A DNA stretch of 64,000 nucleotides from positions 169,929-233,928 of the forward strand of contig CAZQKK010000001.1 in the NCBI GenBank assembly GCA_964593885.1. Reading direction: 5' to 3'. The stretch is from an uncultured Candidatus Saccharibacteria bacterium. Its GTDB lineage: Bacteria; Patescibacteriota; UBA1384; CAILIB01. Positions within the stretch are counted from its first letter, which is position 1. The number at the start of each line of letters is the position of its first letter. The notes below the pieces were generated by a model, which was given only the letters and a program-made list of their open reading frames with translations, was not told where the DNA came from and searched no databases. The position numbers were made by a program, and so were the translations under genes. Positions 60,345 to 64,000 of the stretch are shown here, piece by piece.

Positions 60345-61763
60345 ATGATGCTTCAACGTATACTCACCTGGTTAAAGCGTGAATGGATTATTGTCGCCCT
60401 CTTCGTAGGGTTTACTGTTTTGTATAGTGTCTATTCCATAGTGAGACACGTCAATTTCCAGAGTGGCTATGACTTAGGTATTTTTAACCAGGCCATGTGG
60501 CTGTACAGTCACTTCTTAGAGCCCTATATTACCGTTCATCAGCGATTTATCCTTGGTGAGCATTTTCACCCAATTCTCATCCTCTTCGTACCCATCTACT
60601 GGTTATCCCCTCGCGCAGAGACACTCCTGGTTATACAAGCCGCAGCTGTTTCAGCAGCGATATTTCCGATCTACTACTTCTCACGTTCCCGTTTAGGTCA
60701 GATCCCAGCATATCTTGTCTCTGTTGCAGCTATTTCATACTGGGGCCTGCAAATCGGGGCGGCGTTTGATTTTCACGAGGTAGCCATTGCAGTGCCGTTG
60801 ATTGCTGGGATGATTTGGGCACTAGATGCTAAACGATGGACCTACTACTGGATATTCCTTGCTGGAGTTTTGCTGTGTAAAGAAGACTTATCCCTCCTGA
60901 TCGCAGCCACGGGGTTGGTACTCCTGGTGAAAAAAGAATGGTGGAAGGGCTTGCTCACCACAGGGATTGGGATTGGCTGGTTCTTTTTGCTTACGAAGAC
61001 CATTATGCCCTACTTTGCTGGAAATGCTTACGGTTTTTGGTCATACAATAACATTGCTCCAGATTTACCTAGCGCGGTCAGAGTTCTGATAAAAGATCCA
61101 AACTTCATTTACCAAACCTTCATTACCCCTGAAGTTAAGTTGCATACGCTCATCTTTACGTTTGCAGGTGCTCTCTACCTTTTCCTCTTCTCTCCCTACC
61201 TCATTATGATGGTACCGCTGCTAGCAGAGCGCTTCTTATCAGGAATTGATAGCTATTGGATAGTCAACTACCACTACACCATGACACTAGCCCCAGTTAT
61301 TGCCATGGCGGCAATAGATGGAATCTATACAATTGGTAAGGCTCTCGGAAAAGTACGGCCAAAACTAAAAGTAGCGTTCTGGTGGGTTGGAGCAACTAGC
61401 TTCATTGCAGCATCTATCTTTATTACACTCGAAAAAGGTATGCCCCTTTCTGCCTTCACTCGTCGAGCCATTTACCGATATGCTCTTCACCCATTTAAAG
61501 GAGGACCGGAAGCACTTTCACGTATTCCTAAGGACGCCGTCGTAGCAGCTCAAGATGCACTAATTCCGCACCTCAGTAGTCGTGAAAAAATATATGAACT
61601 TCTGGACCCTACAGCTGATCCCGATTACTATATTGTGAACTACGAGCTTGCAGCCTGGCCCTATTTCCCTGATCAAATTGCAAAGCACATGCTTGATGAA
61701 CAGAACAATGGGTACGTCAGCATTTACAAGGTTGATAACTGGGAAATTCTCAAAAAACAGTAG
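60345..61763 (+). CDS. polytopic membrane protein, DUF2079-like (GT-C-fold candidate glycosyltransferase)
   Basis: ...FQSGYDLGIFNQAMW... near the N-terminus. About 10 TM followed by a C-terminal soluble domain. Confidence 0.5.
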   Translation: MMLQRILTWLKREWIIVALFVGFTVLYSVYSIVRHVNFQSGYDLGIFNQAMWLYSHFLEPYITVHQRFILGEHFHPILILFVPIYWLSPRAETLLVIQAAAVSAAIFPIYYFSRSRLGQIPAYLVSVAAISYWGLQIGAAFDFHEVAIAVPLIAGMIWALDAKRWTYYWIFLAGVLLCKEDLSLLIAATGLVLLVKKEWWKGLLTTGIGIGWFFLLTKTIMPYFAGNAYGFWSYNNIAPDLPSAVRVLIKDPNFIYQTFITPEVKLHTLIFTFAGALYLFLFSPYLIMMVPLLAERFLSGIDSYWIVNYHYTMTLAPVIAMAAIDGIYTIGKALGKVRPKLKVAFWWVGATSFIAASIFITLEKGMPLSAFTRRAIYRYALHPFKGGPEALSRIPKDAVVAAQDALIPHLSSREKIYELLDPTADPDYYIVNYELAAWPYFPDQIAKHMLDEQNNGYVSIYKVDNWEILKKQ

Positions 61764-61818
61764 CAACCCTAGCCTACCTGTGGCATTACTCAACACCTCT
61801 CTCTCAAGCAAGTACTAA

Positions 61819-61845
61819 AAAAGCTCCCTACATGAGGGAGCTTGG
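61819..61845. terminator. bidirectional intrinsic terminator
   Basis: aaaaaagctccct-acat-gagggagctt. Confidence 0.55.
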
Positions 61846-61860
61846 AATGTGGTGCGGCAA

Positions 61861-62409
61861 CTACTTCTTCGCGGTCTCCTTGATGAGGTCCTCAAGGAGT
61901 ACCCTGTCAGCTTCCCCAAGGGTCATGAGAAACGCTTGTGTTTCCTCGGGGTTAATCTGATAGCCCTCATCATCACTTCCGCTGGGGCGGAAGTTGATAG
62001 CGCCATGTGGATTTGGCCACATCGCCGGGCTTTCAGTTGGCCAGGTGACATCTGCCACCCAACCTGAACGCGTCTGGGTTTCATCACGCCAGTTGATGGT
62101 GTAGGTGTCACCATCAGGGAGCGTGACCCGGCCTTCCTCATCTGCCTGATGCAGTGCGAGAATCAGCTTGAACTGCTCAAAGTGCAAGTTGTTCGTGCCA
62201 GAGTGACAGAGTAGGCTCCACCCTTCAGAATTCCTCAACTTCTTGAGGATCGATCCTGTTTTCACCGTCACCTTTTCAAAACGAGAGTGATTCTCCTGCG
62301 CAATTTTTGCGATTTGCGCTAACGCTTCTGGACTAAGATGCATCGTATTCCCAACCTTGTCCCTCTGTACGAGGTAGGCGAAGCATACCAAAATACCCCG
62401 TAAAGTCAA
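61861..62409 (-). CDS. hypothetical protein
   Basis: 182-aa ORF with no motifs. The true start is probably the internal MHLSPEA. Confidence 0.4.
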   Translation of the reverse strand: MTLRGILVCFAYLVQRDKVGNTMHLSPEALAQIAKIAQENHSRFEKVTVKTGSILKKLRNSEGWSLLCHSGTNNLHFEQFKLILALHQADEEGRVTLPDGDTYTINWRDETQTRSGWVADVTWPTESPAMWPNPHGAINFRPSGSDDEGYQINPEETQAFLMTLGEADRVLLEDLIKETAKK

Positions 62410-62429
62410 TTACCTTTTGCCTCGGAACG

Positions 62430-62455
62430 AAAAAAGCGTCCACAGAGGACGCTTT
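62430..62455 (-). terminator. intrinsic terminator (minus strand)
   Basis: On the minus strand: gcgtcc-tctgt-ggacgc followed by tttttt. Confidence 0.5.
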
Positions 62456-62461
62456 GAAATG

Positions 62462-62872
62462 TTACACCTTCTCGAAGTCTGCAATGGTTACAACTCGGTA
62501 GTAACCTTTATCAGACCTCAGGTGAAGCTCGTACCGCTTATCAGGAGGAGGCGGCACTCCACCCACGCACATCTTTTTCCTCAGCTTCGGCACTACCGCG
62601 AGAACCCAGTGCTTGTACCCAAGGTACTGTAGCTCAGTTCCAACAGGGTATCGCATCTGCATCTCTCGGATTTCCTGGAGACGCTGCCTTTCTGTCATGC
62701 ATAGGAACCTGGTGTCATAGTGATTGCGAAACCACTTAGCAACCGATTCGTTCTGAAGAGGCAGGAGAAGACAAATGTTCTCTCGCTGCGCCTTGATGAC
62801 CAGTGGCTGAACAACCAGAGGAAATGTCTCCACCTTATTCCGCGATGTTGCCAGCATGTTAAGTTCACGCAT
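62462..62872 (-). CDS. hypothetical protein
   Basis: 136-aa ORF with its own terminator. Confidence 0.4.
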   Translation of the reverse strand: MRELNMLATSRNKVETFPLVVQPLVIKAQRENICLLLPLQNESVAKWFRNHYDTRFLCMTERQRLQEIREMQMRYPVGTELQYLGYKHWVLAVVPKLRKKMCVGGVPPPPDKRYELHLRSDKGYYRVVTIADFEKV

Positions 62873-62981
62873 ATTGCCAACCTACGCCGCCTTTCTACCA
62901 TATTTCGCACTAATTGTCCAGGTACTTGGTAGGATAAGCTGCAAAATACAAAAATTCCTGGTATAGTCCGTAACGTACCTA

Positions 62982-63067
62982 GGAAGGGTGGCAGAGTGGT
63001 CTATTGCAACGGTCTTGAAAACCGTCGAGTGAAAGCTCCGTGGGTTCGAATCCCACCCCTTCCGCCA
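62982..63067 (+). tRNA. tRNA-Ser(TGA)
   Basis: 86 nt with a long variable arm. Acceptor GGAAGGG/CCCTTCC, anticodon loop CTTGAAA, T-arm TGGG-TTCGAAT-CCCA, discriminator G, CCA encoded. Confidence 0.85.
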
Positions 63068-63075
63068 ACGTAAAT

Positions 63076-63103
63076 GGTCAACCGAAAGGTTGGCCTTTTG
63101 CGT
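63076..63103 (+). terminator. intrinsic terminator after tRNA-Ser
   Basis: ggtcaacc-gaaa-ggttggcc followed by ttttg. Confidence 0.5.
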
Positions 63104-63138
63104 TTGAGAATACCAGGTTAGAGCCGTATACTGGTTGC

Positions 63139-64000
63139 ATGGGTTGGATTACCTATTCCCTTATCACCTCGTTCCTCATCTCAGCGGTAACCATTTCTGA
63201 GAAGCACGTCCTTCATGACAGGAGTAGTGCTTCGTATACCGCCGTTCACTCCATCCTCACCTGTATTATTTCGCTCCCACTCCTCGCCCTAGCTGGGTTC
63301 CCCTCATTCACCGTTATTTCTTTCTTTGCGGTACTCTTCGTTGGTATCATCGCCTCTTTTGCCCTCTTCCTCAGCATCAAATCTCTCAAAGAGATGGATA
63401 TTAGCGTAACCGCACCACTCTTTGTACTCACACCTGCACTCACTTCTCTCCTTGCAGCCTTTTTTCTTGGAGAGCATCTCTCGTACCTCCAGACAACAGG
63501 ATTGTTTGTGATTATTCTCGGGACGTACCTACTTCAATTGAGACCCCATGATCACATCCTTACCCCGCTAAAGCGCATCTGGGCATCCCCAAAGTTGCAC
63601 CTCGTATTTCTAGCGCTTCTTATTTACAGTGTCTGTTCGCTTACCGATAGGTTCATCCTCACGAGAACTTCACTCACTCCAATGCAGTACCAGGTCACCG
63701 TGCAGATTTGGTTTGCGATATTCCACACCGCCTACCTAGTAAAGCTGCGCGGAAGCTTCAAGCCGGTCATCACTGCTCTCAGGCAGAGTACGTGGGAAAT
63801 GCACGGCGTCGCTCTCCTCACCGTAGCTAGTAGGCTAGCTCAAGCAACCGCAACCTCTATCGCTCCAGCAGTAGGCCCTGTCATCGCAATAAAACGAAGC
63901 GGATCCCTCTTCACAACCTTAGTTGGAGGCGAACTCTTCCACGATAAGTTTCTCTTCCAGAGGGTTGGGGCATGTGGTGTGATGCTGATTGGTATTGTTC
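63139..64000 (+). CDS. EamA/DMT-superfamily transporter (3'-partial, runs off the window)
   Basis: My own translation: MGWITYSLITSFLISAVTISEKHVLHD... about 10 TM with a duplicated EamA-like helix pattern. No stop codon before the end of the window. Confidence 0.65.
   Translation, partial: MGWITYSLITSFLISAVTISEKHVLHDRSSASYTAVHSILTCIISLPLLALAGFPSFTVISFFAVLFVGIIASFALFLSIKSLKEMDISVTAPLFVLTPALTSLLAAFFLGEHLSYLQTTGLFVIILGTYLLQLRPHDHILTPLKRIWASPKLHLVFLALLIYSVCSLTDRFILTRTSLTPMQYQVTVQIWFAIFHTAYLVKLRGSFKPVITALRQSTWEMHGVALLTVASRLAQATATSIAPAVGPVIAIKRSGSLFTTLVGGELFHDKFLFQRVGACGVMLIGIV

Overview
This 64 kb chromosomal window from a bacterium has a compact, gene-dense layout (about 52% GC, many overlapping start/stop codons, weak Shine-Dalgarno sites). 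That layout suggests a small-genome, possibly uncultivated lineage, but I cannot place it taxonomically from sequence alone. In order, the window carries the following.

- 1-5.9 kb: a complete F1Fo ATP synthase operon tail, atpE(partial)-atpF-atpH-atpA-atpG-[67-aa membrane ORF]-atpD-atpC(short), ending in an intrinsic terminator.
- 6.1-7.3 kb: a Thr/Ser/Asn-rich secreted protein with its own terminator.
- 8.2-15.4 kb: a tightly packed seven-gene operon of secreted and membrane proteins. It includes one protein with Ig-like repeats and a C-terminal dockerin-like double Ca-binding repeat, and three paralogous cohesin-like beta-sandwich modules. One of those is anchored by a C-terminal TM helix with a K/E-rich cytoplasmic tail. 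This candidate cohesin-dockerin cell-surface assembly system is the most interesting content of the window.
- 15.4-19.5 kb: a tRNA(CAT, Ile2-like), a metallophosphoesterase, a Pif1/RecD-like helicase and an initiator-like tRNA(CAT).
- 19.6-27.5 kb: ftsH-murJ, a histidine phosphatase, lepA, an orphan soluble histidine kinase and an aquaporin.
- 27.5-30.5 kb: a large polytopic membrane protein and tRNA-Lys.
- 30.5-33.7 kb: a grpE-dnaK-dnaJ(short) heat-shock operon on the minus strand, with a promoter/palindromic operator upstream.
- 35.0-40.4 kb: comEC split into a membrane part and a separate MBL-domain ORF, then ruvC, yebC and a VanW-family protein.
- 41-62 kb: a roughly 20 kb cell-envelope glycan cluster. 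It contains GT2 and GT1 glycosyltransferases, two Wzx-type flippases, two Wzy/O-antigen-ligase-like proteins, wecB, a Wzz-like protein, a UbiA-family polyprenyl-phosphate phosphoribosyltransferase-like enzyme, an LPG-synthase-TM-like flippase, an SDR epimerase, a PHP phosphoesterase, and DUF4012-like and DUF2079-like membrane proteins.
- 62.4-64.0 kb: tRNA-Ser(TGA) and a partial EamA transporter.

Two copies of a conserved structured element of about 100 nt lie next to the 3' ends of the fMet-like and Lys tRNA genes. Each is flanked on the far side by a perfect (Lys) or degenerate (fMet) duplicate of the tRNA 3' end, which resembles attachment-site duplication. I found no CRISPR arrays, rRNA, transposases or integrases.
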